Source of the DNA: Acidimicrobiales bacterium
GTDB lineage: Bacteria > Actinomycetota > Acidimicrobiia > Acidimicrobiales > SKKL01
Direction: 5' to 3'
Length of the DNA: 59,132 bases
NCBI GenBank assembly: GCA_046543225.1
Contig: JBKGZW010000001.1
Location: forward strand, 1-59,132
In this document: positions 1 through 10,852 of the stretch, piece by piece
Numbering within the stretch: position 1 is the stretch's first letter
Layout of the letters: every line of letters starts with the position of its first letter
Program-made: the position numbers and the translations under genes
Notes under the pieces: generated by a model
Database searches by the model: none
Told to the model about the DNA's origin: nothing
The model's input: the letters and a program-made list of their open reading frames with translations, nothing else

Positions 1-816
1 GCCCTGGCCCGCCGGAACTCGGTGATGGTGTCGAGTGCCTCGAGCTCCTCGTCGCTCAGGTCGGCACCCACTTCGGCGGCGGCCTCGGCGGCGGTGACCC
101 CGCCCATCGTCGCCGGCGGGGCCGGGTCGACCCCGTTGACGATCACCGGGCCGAGGGCGATGCCCAGCTCGTCCTCGAGCTTGTAGGCGGTCTCGATCAA
201 CTCGTTGATCGGGGTCTCCTCGGGGATCGTCACCAGCAGCACCCTGGTGCGGGCCGCGTCGGTGAGCAGGTCGAGGGCCTCGCGCGCCTGGGTGTTGATC
301 GGCCCGACCGACACGGTGTCGAGCAGCGCCCGGGGTGCCCGCAGGAAGCTCACCGCGTGGCCGGCTGCTGGCGTGTCGAGCACGACGAGGCGGTCGGTCG
401 AGGCCCGTTCGATCTGTTTGACCTTCCCCAGCAGGAGGATGTCCTTGATCCCCGGCGCGGCGGTGGAGACGATCTCGAGGGCGCCGCTGCGGACCAGGCG
501 TCGCGACACCCGGTCGAGCCCGTGGTCGGTGAGGTACTCCACCAGCGCGTCGTCGGCGGTGAGCGCCCGCGCGGCCACCGACGCGGCGCCGGGGGGATCG
601 CCCCGTTCCCAGAGGACCGACTCCTGGTAGCCGAGCTCGGGCCGCTCGAACACGGTGGTCAGGCCGCTCTTGCCCTCGACCTCGACGACGAGCGCGGACC
701 GCCCGCTGCGCGCCGCGGCCCTGGCCAGGACGGCGCTCACCGTCGTTTTGCCCACGCCGCCCTTCCCGGCAACGATGGCGAGCCGGGATGCTGCGAAGAA
801 ACGGGCAGGATCCACT
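1..816 (-). CDS. ArsA/Get3-family anion-transporting-type ATPase (partial, C-terminus beyond left edge)
   Basis: Not in the ORF track because it runs off the edge. My minus-strand translation from GTG (816-814) reads VDPARFFAASRLAIVAGKGGVGKTTVSAVLARAAARSGRSALVVEVEGK...RLVVLDTPAAGHAVSFL...VLLVTIPEETPINE. It has the deviant Walker A GKGGVGKT and an ArsA-type DTAPTGH-like motif (DTPAAGH). Confidence 0.75.
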
Positions 817-843
817 ACGTTCCCTTCGCGTCCGGAGAACTCC

Positions 844-2151
844 TTGCGCAGACTAACCAGCGTCGGCGTGCTCTTCGTCGCACTCGCCCTCGTGCTCGGC
901 GCGGCGCCGGTCCACGCCCAGACCGGCGACGACGGCGACCCCGCCCCCGAGGACGACCCGGCCACCGAGGACGACGATCCGGGCTTCATCACCGTCATCG
1001 AGGTGAACGGTCTGATCGACGACATCCTGGTGGATTTCGTCTCCTCTTCCATCGACGACGCCGAGGACTCCGGGGCCCGCTACCTGGTCATCCACCTCGA
1101 CTCCCCCGGAGCGGTGGTCTCCGATGGAGCGCTGGTCGACCTGGCGCGCCAGATCCACGACGCCGAGGTCCCGGTCGCGTCCTGGATCGGGCCGTCGGGG
1201 GCCCAGGCGCTGGGCGGGGCGGCCCAGCTGGCAGCGGTCACCGACCCCATCGGGGTGTCCATCGGTGCCCGCATCGGTCGCACCGGCGAACCGGTCCTTC
1301 CCGAGGACGAGTTCGGTCCGCTCTTCGGTGACGCCACAGCCTCGCTGGTCGACGACACCGTCGGCCACGAGCGGGTCCTCGAGCTCGACATCGCCCCCGA
1401 GCAGGCCCTGACCCTCGGGCAGTTCGCGCTCACCCTCCCGGGCTTCGAGTCGATCGAGGTGATCCAGGACGGCGAGCCGAGCCTCGAACCCAGCACGGTC
1501 GTGCGGTTCAGCCAGCTCGACCTCCCCGCCCAGATCTTCCACACGGTGGCCAGCCCCGAGGTCACCTACCTGCTGCTGGTCATCGGGCTGGCGCTGCTGG
1601 TCTTCGAGCTCTACACCGCGGGGGTCGGCATCGCCGGCCTGGTCGGGGCCGGGTCGCTGGTGCTGGCCTCCTACGGCCTCTGGGTCCTGCCGGTGCGGCC
1701 GATCGCCCTGGTGCTCGTGCTCGTCGCCTTCGTCGGGTTCGCGGTGGACGTGCAGACCGGGGTCCCCCGTTTCTGGACCGCGGTGGGCGGCCTGCTCTTC
1801 GCCATCGGCTCGCTCACCTTCTATGACGCCGCGTCGATCTCGTGGATCACGCTGGTGGTGGCCTTCGTCGGCGTGGTGCTGACCTTCCTCGCCGGGATGC
1901 CGGCGATGGTCCGCACCCGGTTCTCCACCCCCACCATCGGGCGGGAGTGGATGATCGGGGAGGGCGGGCTGGCGCGAGGCACCGTCGACCCCGACGGGGT
2001 GGTGGTGGTCCGCGACGCTCCGTGGCGGGCCCACACCAACCGGGCGACCCCCATCGCCGACGGCGACCCGGTGCGAGTGGTGGCCATCGAGGGCATGGTG
2101 CTCCAGGTCGAGCCCGAGGACCATCCCGCTCGCGATCACCGCGACCGCTGA
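844..2151 (+). CDS. NfeD-family membrane-bound ClpP-class serine protease
   Basis: ORF 655..2151. The 5' part overlaps the divergent ATPase, so I moved the start to in-frame TTG 844 (GTG 868 is an alternative). It has a signal/TM segment LTSVGVLFVALALVLGAAPVHA and a ClpP-like region (VIEVNGLIDD...YLVIHLDSPGA...WIGPSGAQALGGAA). Several TM helices and a C-terminal NfeD OB-fold (VVVRDAPWRAH...VRVVAIEGMVLQVEP) follow. Confidence 0.75.
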   Translation: MRRLTSVGVLFVALALVLGAAPVHAQTGDDGDPAPEDDPATEDDDPGFITVIEVNGLIDDILVDFVSSSIDDAEDSGARYLVIHLDSPGAVVSDGALVDLARQIHDAEVPVASWIGPSGAQALGGAAQLAAVTDPIGVSIGARIGRTGEPVLPEDEFGPLFGDATASLVDDTVGHERVLELDIAPEQALTLGQFALTLPGFESIEVIQDGEPSLEPSTVVRFSQLDLPAQIFHTVASPEVTYLLLVIGLALLVFELYTAGVGIAGLVGAGSLVLASYGLWVLPVRPIALVLVLVAFVGFAVDVQTGVPRFWTAVGGLLFAIGSLTFYDAASISWITLVVAFVGVVLTFLAGMPAMVRTRFSTPTIGREWMIGEGGLARGTVDPDGVVVVRDAPWRAHTNRATPIADGDPVRVVAIEGMVLQVEPEDHPARDHRDR

Positions 2152-2258
2152 CACCTCCTGCAGGTTCGACCCCTTTCGCTGCCTACCGACCCGAAAGTGA
2201 CCCTTGTCGCATCGGCGAGCCCGGTTGTAGGGTCGCGACACGGAAGGGGGGTCTGCGT

Positions 2259-2522
2259 GTGAGTGCACAGAGGACCGAAGATGCCTGGCAGGTCAAAGCA
2301 GCCTGCCGTGGGCCTCAGGCAGCGGTGTTCTTCCCGCCGCCACAGTTCGAACGCAAAGACGAGAAGCTCGAGCGCGAAGCCAGGGCCAAGGCGATCTGTG
2401 CCGACTGCTCGGTACGGCGCCCATGCCTCGACTACGCCATCTCGATCCGTGAACCACATGGCATCTGGGGTGGTCTGAACGAGAACGAGCGGCGCCAGCT
2501 CGTGGCCTCCGAGCTGAGCTGA
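2259..2522 (+). CDS. whiB: WhiB-family (Wbl) Fe-S transcription factor
   Basis: This is the C-terminal part of ORF 1842..2522. GTG 2259 is preceded by GGAAGGGGG. The sequence is VSAQRTEDAWQVKAACRG...AKAICADCSVRRPCLDYAI...HGIWGGLNENERR, showing the four Wbl cysteines (C-X-C-X2-C-X5-C layout) and the GIWGG turn. Confidence 0.88.
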   Translation: MSAQRTEDAWQVKAACRGPQAAVFFPPPQFERKDEKLEREARAKAICADCSVRRPCLDYAISIREPHGIWGGLNENERRQLVASELS

Positions 2523-2570
2523 GGGACCGCACCCTCGCCGACCGCCCGGACCGGTAGCCTTGAGGGTGTC

Positions 2571-3077
2571 ATGCCCCTCATCGCGCTGTTGTTCCTGGCG
2601 GTCCCGATCATCGAGTTGCTCGTGATCGTCTCTGCCGCGCAGGCCATCGGCACGCCCCAGACCCTGGTGCTGCTCCTGGTGGTCAGCATCATCGGCGCGT
2701 GGCTGGTCAAGGTCGAGGGGCTCGGGGTGTGGCGGCGGTTCTCCACCACCCTCGCTCGCGGCGAGATGCCCCACCGCGAGATCGTCGACGGGGTGCTGAT
2801 CCTCGCCGCTGGAGCCTTCATGCTCACCCCGGGGTTCGTCACCGACGCCGTCGGGCTGCTGTTCCTCGCGCCACCGTCACGGGCGGTCATCCGGGCCATG
2901 GTCCTCAAGCGGGTCACCCCCGGGGTCGGGGTCAACGCCCCCTTCGGGTTCGCCGGTGGTGCTGCGGGCCCCGCCGCCGGTGCCTCCGGAGGGGTGTGGG
3001 ACACCACCGGCTGGGAGTCCGACCCCGACCGCCCGGGACCCGACGATCCCCCCGGTCCACGGGGACTCGAGCGATGA
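2571..3077 (+). CDS. fxsA: FxsA-family (UPF0716) inner membrane protein
   Basis: MPLIALLFLAVPIIELLVIVSAAQAIG...LTPGFVTDAVGLLFLAPPSR is the typical FxsA N-terminus and the PGF(V/L)TD motif. The C-terminal tail is Gly/Pro-rich. Confidence 0.8.
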   Translation: MPLIALLFLAVPIIELLVIVSAAQAIGTPQTLVLLLVVSIIGAWLVKVEGLGVWRRFSTTLARGEMPHREIVDGVLILAAGAFMLTPGFVTDAVGLLFLAPPSRAVIRAMVLKRVTPGVGVNAPFGFAGGAAGPAAGASGGVWDTTGWESDPDRPGPDDPPGPRGLER

Positions 3078-3895
3078 CCCAGACCGAGGCGACCAGCGCG
3101 ACCGGGGTCGAGCTTCGTCGGGCCGCCACCGTGATGCTGGTGCGCGACGGCTCCGAGGGCCTCGAGGTGTTCATGGTGCGTCGCAACCCCGCCAGCGTGT
3201 TCGTCGGCGGCGCGTTCGTCTTCCCCGGCGGGGCGGTCGACGACCACGACCACCACGACGTCGATCCCTACTGCGCCGGACTCAGCGACCCGGTCGCGTC
3301 CGCGACGCTCGGTCTCGACCACGGCGGGCTGGCCTACTGGGTGGCGGCGGTCCGAGAGTGCTTCGAGGAGTGCGGGCTCCTGCTCGCCTACGACCGGTCG
3401 GGCCGGGTCATCCGCTTCGACGACCCCGAGGTCGAGTCCCGCTTCGTCGAGCACCGCCGGCGTGTCGACACCGGCGAGCTCCGCCTCATCGATCTGTGCG
3501 CGGACGAAGGTCTCACCCTGGCCTGCGACGCCATCCACTACTTCTCGCACTGGGTCACCCCGGTCGGTCCGCCCCGGCGGTTCGACACGCGCTTCTTCCT
3601 GGCTCGTGCCCCCGATGCCCAGGTCGGGCTCCACGACGACCGCGAGACGGTCGCCAACATGTGGGTCCGGCCCGCCGAGGCGCTCCGGCGGGCAGGCGAC
3701 GGCGAGCTCGAGATCATCTGGCCCACCGCCAGGAACCTCGAGGCCATCGCCCGGTTCGACTCCGCCGACGAGCTGCTCGGGGCAGTCCGCCAGCAGGCCG
3801 AGGTCCCCACCATCGACTCCCGCATCGTGGACGACGAGGGCGGAACCCGAATTCTCTTGCCCGGTGATCCCGGCTACGAAGGAGCTGCATCGTGA
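3074..3895 (+). CDS. NUDIX-family hydrolase
   Basis: In-frame ATG 3074 within ORF 2699..3895 makes an ATGA overlap with the fxsA stop. The sequence reads AATVMLVRDGSEGLEVFMVRRNPASVFVGGAFVFPGGAVD...AAVRECFEECGLL, which is a Nudix box (REcfEEcG). Confidence 0.72.
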   Translation: MTQTEATSATGVELRRAATVMLVRDGSEGLEVFMVRRNPASVFVGGAFVFPGGAVDDHDHHDVDPYCAGLSDPVASATLGLDHGGLAYWVAAVRECFEECGLLLAYDRSGRVIRFDDPEVESRFVEHRRRVDTGELRLIDLCADEGLTLACDAIHYFSHWVTPVGPPRRFDTRFFLARAPDAQVGLHDDRETVANMWVRPAEALRRAGDGELEIIWPTARNLEAIARFDSADELLGAVRQQAEVPTIDSRIVDDEGGTRILLPGDPGYEGAAS

Positions 3896-4440
3896 CCGAT
3901 GACACCGTCGACCTCCCAACCCCCATCGTTCCCGGGGTGGCCCGCGCGCTCAGCCCGCTGGTCCGCCGCATCGCGGTCGACCTCGACGGCGCCGCGGGGC
4001 CCAACACCTACCTGATCGGCATCGACGAGATCGCGGTGATCGACCCGGGACCCGATCTCGACCAGCACCTCGACGCCATCGCCGGATGTGGTGGCGACCG
4101 CATCCGCTGGATCCTCACCACCGGCACCGGCGATCAGGCGGGGATCAAGGGCTTGCGGGCCCGTACCGACGCCCTGGTGCTGGCCGTCGCCGGGATCGGC
4201 CCTGCCGACGCCGACGAGGTGGTCGGCGAGGATCACACCATCTTGGGCACCGAGTTCCGGCTGGTGACGATGCTGGCACCCGGCGGCGCGCCACGGGCCA
4301 TGTTCCTGCTCGAAGAGGAGCGGGTGCTCTTCGGCGGCGACGCGGTCGCGGCGCTCGACGAGGAGCTCCTGGCCGACCGCCGTCTCAAGCGGCTGCGGGC
4401 GGTGGCCCCCGCCGAGGGGCAACTCATCGAGCGGCTGTAG
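3892..4440 (+). CDS. Short MBL-fold-like protein with degenerate metal motif
   Basis: GTG start makes a GTGA overlap with the NUDIX stop. [18 protein letters not shown]...[15 protein letters not shown] resembles a metallo-beta-lactamase-fold N-terminal half. The HxHxDH position reads TGTGDQ. Confidence 0.5.
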   Translation: MTDDTVDLPTPIVPGVARALSPLVRRIAVDLDGAAGPNTYLIGIDEIAVIDPGPDLDQHLDAIAGCGGDRIRWILTTGTGDQAGIKGLRARTDALVLAVAGIGPADADEVVGEDHTILGTEFRLVTMLAPGGAPRAMFLLEEERVLFGGDAVAALDEELLADRRLKRLRAVAPAEGQLIERL

Positions 4441-4452
4441 ACTCGACTCTTC

Positions 4453-6306
<1,854 letters not shown>

Positions 6307-6317
6307 GGCCGCCGCCG

Positions 6318-7520
6318 CTACAGGTCGAGCTCGTCGAGCGCCGATGCTGCGGCGTCGAGCATGCGGGCGCTGCAGCCGGCCATCTCGACCGGTGGGATCG
6401 CTTCGTCGAGGATGCGGTCGGCCAGCGCCCGGAACGCCTCGGCGGCGGGTCCGTCGCCCAGCGCGACCGGGGTGCCGGTGTCGCCGCCGAGGGCGACCGA
6501 CGACTCGAGCGGGATCTGGCCGAGCAGCGGCGCGCCGGCGTCGTCGGCCAGGATCCGGCCGCCGCCGGTGCCGAACAGCGGGTAGGACTCGCCGTGGTCG
6601 CAGATGAAGGCGCTCATGTTCTCGATGACCCCGGCCACCCGAACGTGGCTCTTCTGGGCCATGCTCGCGGCCCGGATGGCCACCTTCTGCGCGGTGGCCG
6701 CGGGGGTGGTGACGACCAGCATCTCGGCGCGGGGGAGCATGCGGGCCAGACCCATGGCGACATCTCCGGTGCCGGGCGGCATGTCGATGAACAGGTAGTC
6801 GAGGTCGCCCCACTGCACGTCCTCGACGAAGTGCTGCACCGCCCGGTTGAGCATGAGGCCCCGCCACATCAGGGCGGTCTCCTCGTCGTCGACCAGCAGA
6901 CCCATCGACACGACCTCGAGCCGTCCCTCGCCCATCTCCTGGACGATGGGGGCGATGCGGGGACGTCCGCCCTCGGCCACCTCCTGGCCCTCGACCCCGG
7001 CGAGGCGGCCCTCGACCCCGATCATGCGGGGCACCGAGAACCCCCAGATGTCGGCATCGAGCACACCGACCGTGTAGCCCTTGGTGGCGATGGCCACCGC
7101 GAGGTTCACCGTCACCGACGACTTGCCGACCCCTCCCTTGCCCGAGGCGATGGCCACCACCCGGGTGGTGGAGGGGATCAGGGTGTCGGGCGCGTTCTCC
7201 TGGGCGTTGAACCGGGCCCGGCTCATGGTCGCCGCCTTCTCCTCGGGATCGAGCTCGGTCCAGTCGAAGGTCACCTCCGAGACACCGGGCATCGACTCGA
7301 CCCGCGCCCTGGTGTCGCGCTGGATCTGGCTCCGCAGCGGACATCCGGCGGTGGTGAGGGCGATCGTGACCCGCACCCGGCCCTCGTCATCCACCCGTGC
7401 GCCCTTGGCCATGCCGAGGTCGACGATGTCGCTGCCGAGCTCGGGATCGATCACCCCGCGCAGCACCTCCATGACATCGGCCTCGGTGGGCAGGGTCGGA
7501 CGTTCGGTCGTGTCGGCCAT
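6318..7520 (-). CDS. mrp: Mrp/ApbC-type Fe-S cluster carrier ATPase with N-terminal DUF59/SufT-like domain
   Basis: Internal ATG (7520) of ORF 6318..7646. EADVMEVLRGVIDPELGSDIVDLGM...TTAGCPL is the DUF59 domain. VVAIASGKGGVGKSSVTVNLA is the deviant Walker A, and CDHG supplies the cluster-bridging Cys. Confidence 0.9.
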   Translation of the reverse strand: MADTTERPTLPTEADVMEVLRGVIDPELGSDIVDLGMAKGARVDDEGRVRVTIALTTAGCPLRSQIQRDTRARVESMPGVSEVTFDWTELDPEEKAATMSRARFNAQENAPDTLIPSTTRVVAIASGKGGVGKSSVTVNLAVAIATKGYTVGVLDADIWGFSVPRMIGVEGRLAGVEGQEVAEGGRPRIAPIVQEMGEGRLEVVSMGLLVDDEETALMWRGLMLNRAVQHFVEDVQWGDLDYLFIDMPPGTGDVAMGLARMLPRAEMLVVTTPAATAQKVAIRAASMAQKSHVRVAGVIENMSAFICDHGESYPLFGTGGGRILADDAGAPLLGQIPLESSVALGGDTGTPVALGDGPAAEAFRALADRILDEAIPPVEMAGCSARMLDAAASALDELDL

Positions 7521-7560
7521 GGGGACGATTTTACCGGGCTTGGCCGTGTAAACTTGCCTC

Positions 7561-8259
7561 GTGGACCAGGAACCATCCCCCGCAGCCCCCCGCAGCGGCG
7601 ACCGACCCGCTCGCCTCGCCATCCTCAAGGCGTTGGGCGACAACACGCGCTATGCCATCTACCTCGAGCTGGCCCGGTCCCCGGTCCCGATGTCCACCGC
7701 CGAGATCGCCGACTCGCTCGACCTGCACGTCAACACGGTGCGTCCCCACCTCGAGCGGATGCGCGAGGTCGGCCTGCTCTCGGTGCGCAGCCAGACCCGT
7801 GGCGGTGTCGGGCGCCCCCAGCACCTCTACTCGCTCGCCCCCGACGCCCCCTCGCTGGGGCTCGAACCGTCGCCCTATCCCACGATCGCCCGGATGCTGC
7901 TCGCCGTCGCCTCGTCCACCGAGCTCGATCCCGAGGCGGTGATCGTCGCCGGGCGCGACCAGGGAGAGCTCGACGCCCGCCCCTGGGACCAGGGCTCCCC
8001 GCCGGTCGAGGCGCTCATGACCGAGCTCGACGCGATGGGGTTCGACCCCGAGATCGTCGTCGAGGACGACACGACCACCATCGCCTTCGCCCACTGTCCC
8101 TTCGCCGAGCTGGCCGAGTCGAACCCCTCGGTGGTGTGCGCCCTGCACCAGGGCATGGTCGAGGGCTTCCTCGACGGCATCGGGGGCCCGTGCCCGTCGG
8201 CGTTCAACACCCTGGTCCATCGCGAACCCTGCCGGGTCGAGCTCCCGGTCCCGGCCTGA
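7561..8259 (+). CDS. ArsR/SufR-like winged-helix transcriptional regulator with C-terminal Cys-containing sensor domain
   Basis: RLAILKALGDNTRYAIYLELARSPVPMSTAEIADSLDLHVNTVRPHLERMREVGLL is the ArsR-type wHTH. The C-terminal half carries AHCPFAEL...VVCALHQG...PCRVEL. It is divergent from mrp across a 40-nt intergenic region. Confidence 0.7.
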   Translation: MDQEPSPAAPRSGDRPARLAILKALGDNTRYAIYLELARSPVPMSTAEIADSLDLHVNTVRPHLERMREVGLLSVRSQTRGGVGRPQHLYSLAPDAPSLGLEPSPYPTIARMLLAVASSTELDPEAVIVAGRDQGELDARPWDQGSPPVEALMTELDAMGFDPEIVVEDDTTTIAFAHCPFAELAESNPSVVCALHQGMVEGFLDGIGGPCPSAFNTLVHREPCRVELPVPA

Positions 8260-8323
8260 TGCGCGACATGGCCCCATCCACCGATATCATCGACAACGTC
8301 CAATCGTATGAGGAGGACCCCGC

Positions 8324-8644
8324 GTGATCACGCTCACGGATTCCGCCGCAGGCAAGGTCAAGCAGCTCATCGAGGCCGAGGGCGACACGTCGCTCGCGCT
8401 GCGGGTCGCGGTCCGTCCCGGCGGCTGCTCGGGCTTCAGCTACGAGATGTTCTTCGACACCGACGTCGCGGCCGAGGACATGGCGATCGAGTACTCGGGG
8501 GTCAAGGTCGTGTCCGACCCCTCCAGTGCCCAGCTGCTCGACGGCGCCACGCTCGACTACAAGGACGGCATCCAAGACGCCGGGTTCGCCATCAACAACC
8601 CGAACGCCAGCCGCACCTGCGGCTGCGGGCAGTCCTTCAGCTGA
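8324..8644 (+). CDS. erpA: HesB/IscA/ErpA-family Fe-S cluster insertion protein
   Basis: 106 aa. MITLTDSAAGKVKQLI...LRVAVRPGGCSGFSYEM...NPNASRTCGCGQSFS shows the canonical C-X(n)-C-G-C signature. Confidence 0.92.
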   Translation: MITLTDSAAGKVKQLIEAEGDTSLALRVAVRPGGCSGFSYEMFFDTDVAAEDMAIEYSGVKVVSDPSSAQLLDGATLDYKDGIQDAGFAINNPNASRTCGCGQSFS

Positions 8645-10182
8645 CCCTCCAGTTCGAGGTCGACGGCCGCCAGGTCGAGGTCGACGACGACGGCGCATCG
8701 CTGCTCGAGGTCCTGCGGGACCGGCTCGGGTCGCGCTCGCCCAAGGACGGGTGCAGCCCCCAGGGCCAGTGCGGATGCTGCACCGTGCTCGTCGACGGCC
8801 AGCCGCGCGTGGCGTGTGTGACCCCGGCTCGTCGGGTCAAGGGTCGCTCGATCACCACCCTCGACGGCATCGACCCGGCCGCACGCGACCGGTGGGCTGA
8901 CGCCTTCTGCGCCACCGGCGCCAGCCAGTGCGGGTTCTGCACGCCGGGGATCATCGTCCGTCTCCACGGGCTGGCGGCCAAGAAGCCCGATGCGTCGATC
9001 GCCGATGCCGAACGGGCGCTACAGGCCCATCTGTGCCGCTGCACCGGGTGGCGCACGATCCTCGACGCCTGGGAGCACCGCGAACAACCGGTCACCCTCG
9101 ACGGCCGCGACCTCGACGCCGCCGCCCGCCGAGCCGAGATCGAAGGCCGCACCCCCCAGGCGGTCGGGCCCCACGTGGCCCGCGGTGCCGGGGGATTCGC
9201 GGACGACACCGCGCCCGCCGACGCGCTGGTCGCGGTGCCCACCGCCGACGGCGACTGGGCCGTGGCCGAGTCCCTCGGCGAGGCCCGCCAGGCCGCGGGC
9301 AAGATCCAGGGACGTCGCACCACCATCGACGTCGAACCACCGCTCGAGCTGCCCGACGGCGACTGGGCGGTCACCCTCCGCACGCCGTGGGTCGAACCCG
9401 CCTATCTCGAGACCGACGCCTCGTGGTGTCGACCCGGTGGTGAGCCGGCCAGCCCGCTGGCCAACGGCGGTGCCTTCGGGGCCAAGCTCGACAGCGTCGC
9501 TCCCGATGCCGCCCGCCGACTCGCCGACGAGCACGATCGGGCGGTGCGGGTCGTGCTGTCGCGAGAGGACGCCGTGCGGATGGGGCCGAAGCGCCCACCG
9601 GTCGCCGCGGGGATCCGCGCCGACGGCACCGGGGTCATCCGAGTCGCGCGCACTCCGGGCATCGCCGACGCGATCCGTGCGGTGGCGCCCGAGCTGGTGG
9701 TCGAGGAGGTGTCGGTCGCCGGTCCGCCGACCTCGGCGGCCATTCGCGCCGCCGGCTGGGCCGAAGCCGCGATCCTGCGGGCGGCGATCACCGGCGAGGC
9801 GACGGTCACCGGCCCCGACGGTGCACGGGCCACCGCCACGGTCGACGACGGCACCATCGCGGTCCGGGTCAGCTGCGGCGACCCCCTCGACGAGGTCGTG
9901 CTGGGCTCCTACTGCGTCGGGGCGGCCCACATGGCGCTCAGCTGGGTCACCTCCGAAGGGCTGGCGGTCGACGACGCCGGCGAGGTGCACGACCTGACCA
10001 TCCGCTCGTTCGGCATCCTTCGGGCGGTCGACACCCCACCCGTCGAGATCGAGATCGCCCCGGCCCCCGGGCCGCCGGTCAACGGTTCCGACACCGTGTT
10101 CGCCGCGGTGGCCGCGGCGGTGTGGATCCACCAGGGCCTGCCCCCGGTCTGGCCCACCGGCCAGACTGTACGCACCAACTGA
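8641..10182 (+). CDS. Fused [2Fe-2S]-binding (CoxS/XdhC-small-subunit-like) protein with truncated XDH/aldehyde-oxidase-like C-terminal domain
   Basis: Frame of ORF 8308..10182. LQFEVDGRQVEV...LLEVLRDRLGSRSPKDGCSPQGQCGCCTVLVDG is the plant-type 2Fe-2S motif. CATGASQCGFCTPGIIV...HLCRCTGW is the second 2Fe-2S motif. About 360 further residues follow, with (G)GAFG and SFGILR-type segments. No ATG, GTG or TTG is available upstream of the first Cys cluster, so I called the start at CTG 8641 (CTGA overlap with erpA). The start is uncertain. Confidence 0.7.
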   Translation: MTLQFEVDGRQVEVDDDGASLLEVLRDRLGSRSPKDGCSPQGQCGCCTVLVDGQPRVACVTPARRVKGRSITTLDGIDPAARDRWADAFCATGASQCGFCTPGIIVRLHGLAAKKPDASIADAERALQAHLCRCTGWRTILDAWEHREQPVTLDGRDLDAAARRAEIEGRTPQAVGPHVARGAGGFADDTAPADALVAVPTADGDWAVAESLGEARQAAGKIQGRRTTIDVEPPLELPDGDWAVTLRTPWVEPAYLETDASWCRPGGEPASPLANGGAFGAKLDSVAPDAARRLADEHDRAVRVVLSREDAVRMGPKRPPVAAGIRADGTGVIRVARTPGIADAIRAVAPELVVEEVSVAGPPTSAAIRAAGWAEAAILRAAITGEATVTGPDGARATATVDDGTIAVRVSCGDPLDEVVLGSYCVGAAHMALSWVTSEGLAVDDAGEVHDLTIRSFGILRAVDTPPVEIEIAPAPGPPVNGSDTVFAAVAAAVWIHQGLPPVWPTGQTVRTN

Positions 10183-10204
10183 TCGCCCCACCCGAGGAGA
10201 CACC

Positions 10205-10552
10205 ATGGCCACCCCAGTCGGTCCCTACACGCCGATCGTCCGGGCCGGTGACTGGCTGATCGTGTCCGGCCAGGTCGGCATCGTCGACGGCAAGCTCGTC
10301 GACGGCGGCACCGCCGGTCAGCTCACCCAGGCCCTGGCCAACATGGAGGCGCTGCTCGCCGGCGAAGGCGCCACCAAGGAGAACGTCGTCAAGACCACCG
10401 TCTTTCTCCGCCACATGAGCGACTACCCGCTGATGAACGACACCTACATCGCGTTCTTCGGCGACCATCGCCCCGCCCGCTCGGCGATCGGGGTCGCCGA
10501 GCTCCCCATCGGGGCCCTCGTCGAGGTCGAAGCCTGGGCTCACGTCGCCTAG
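10205..10552 (+). CDS. ridA: RidA/YjgF-family reactive intermediate deaminase
   Basis: 115 aa. VGPYTPIVRAGDWLIVSGQVG...VKTTVFLRHMSDYPLMNDTY...PARSAIGVAELPIGALVEVEAWA is the typical RidA fold signature. Confidence 0.88.
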   Translation: MATPVGPYTPIVRAGDWLIVSGQVGIVDGKLVDGGTAGQLTQALANMEALLAGEGATKENVVKTTVFLRHMSDYPLMNDTYIAFFGDHRPARSAIGVAELPIGALVEVEAWAHVA

Positions 10553-10562
10553 GATCAGGCCC

Positions 10563-10721
10563 ATGATCGGACCGGCCATCATCGTCGTGGTACTGCTCGT
10601 CGTCATCCCCGTCGGGGTGCTGATCACGGGCGCGGTCATCGCCGGGGTGCTGGGCTGGCTGCTGCGACACAACGGCGAGGTCGAGCACGAGGGCAGCGAG
10701 CTGGTCGAGCTCTACAACTGA
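10563..10721 (+). CDS. Small hydrophobic membrane protein (52 aa, hypothetical)
   Basis: Below the ORF-track cutoff. My translation is [52 protein letters not shown]. It has two TM-like stretches and GC3-rich codons, and starts 11 nt after the ridA stop. Confidence 0.4.
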   Translation: MIGPAIIVVVLLVVIPVGVLITGAVIAGVLGWLLRHNGEVEHEGSELVELYN

Positions 10722-10821
10722 ACGAGCCACGACAACCGAAAGATCTGGCCCTTGCCCCTGTTCGCCGCTGCGCTCGTGGGTTAGCCTGGCGACGCTTCAA
10801 CAGGTGGGTTTCCGGCGAACG

Positions 10822-10850
10822 CCGATCCCAGCACGACGAAAGGGGATCGG
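10822..10850 (+). promoter_or_regulatory. 5'-UTR hairpin occluding the cspA Shine-Dalgarno sequence
   Basis: CCGATCCC (10822-10829) pairs perfectly with GGGATCGG (10843-10850) across a 13-nt loop. The right arm contains the SD-like GGGGA, 6 nt upstream of the TTG start at 10853. Confidence 0.4.
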
Positions 10851-10852
10851 TC

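Noticed and set aside
853-2268. 471-aa minus-strand ORF covering the NfeD gene
   Set aside because: It is a shadow ORF antisense to a gene with clear family motifs. Its Arg/Gly/Asp/His-rich low-complexity translation (…DHHHPVGVDGASRQP…) is typical of out-of-frame reading in GC-rich DNA.
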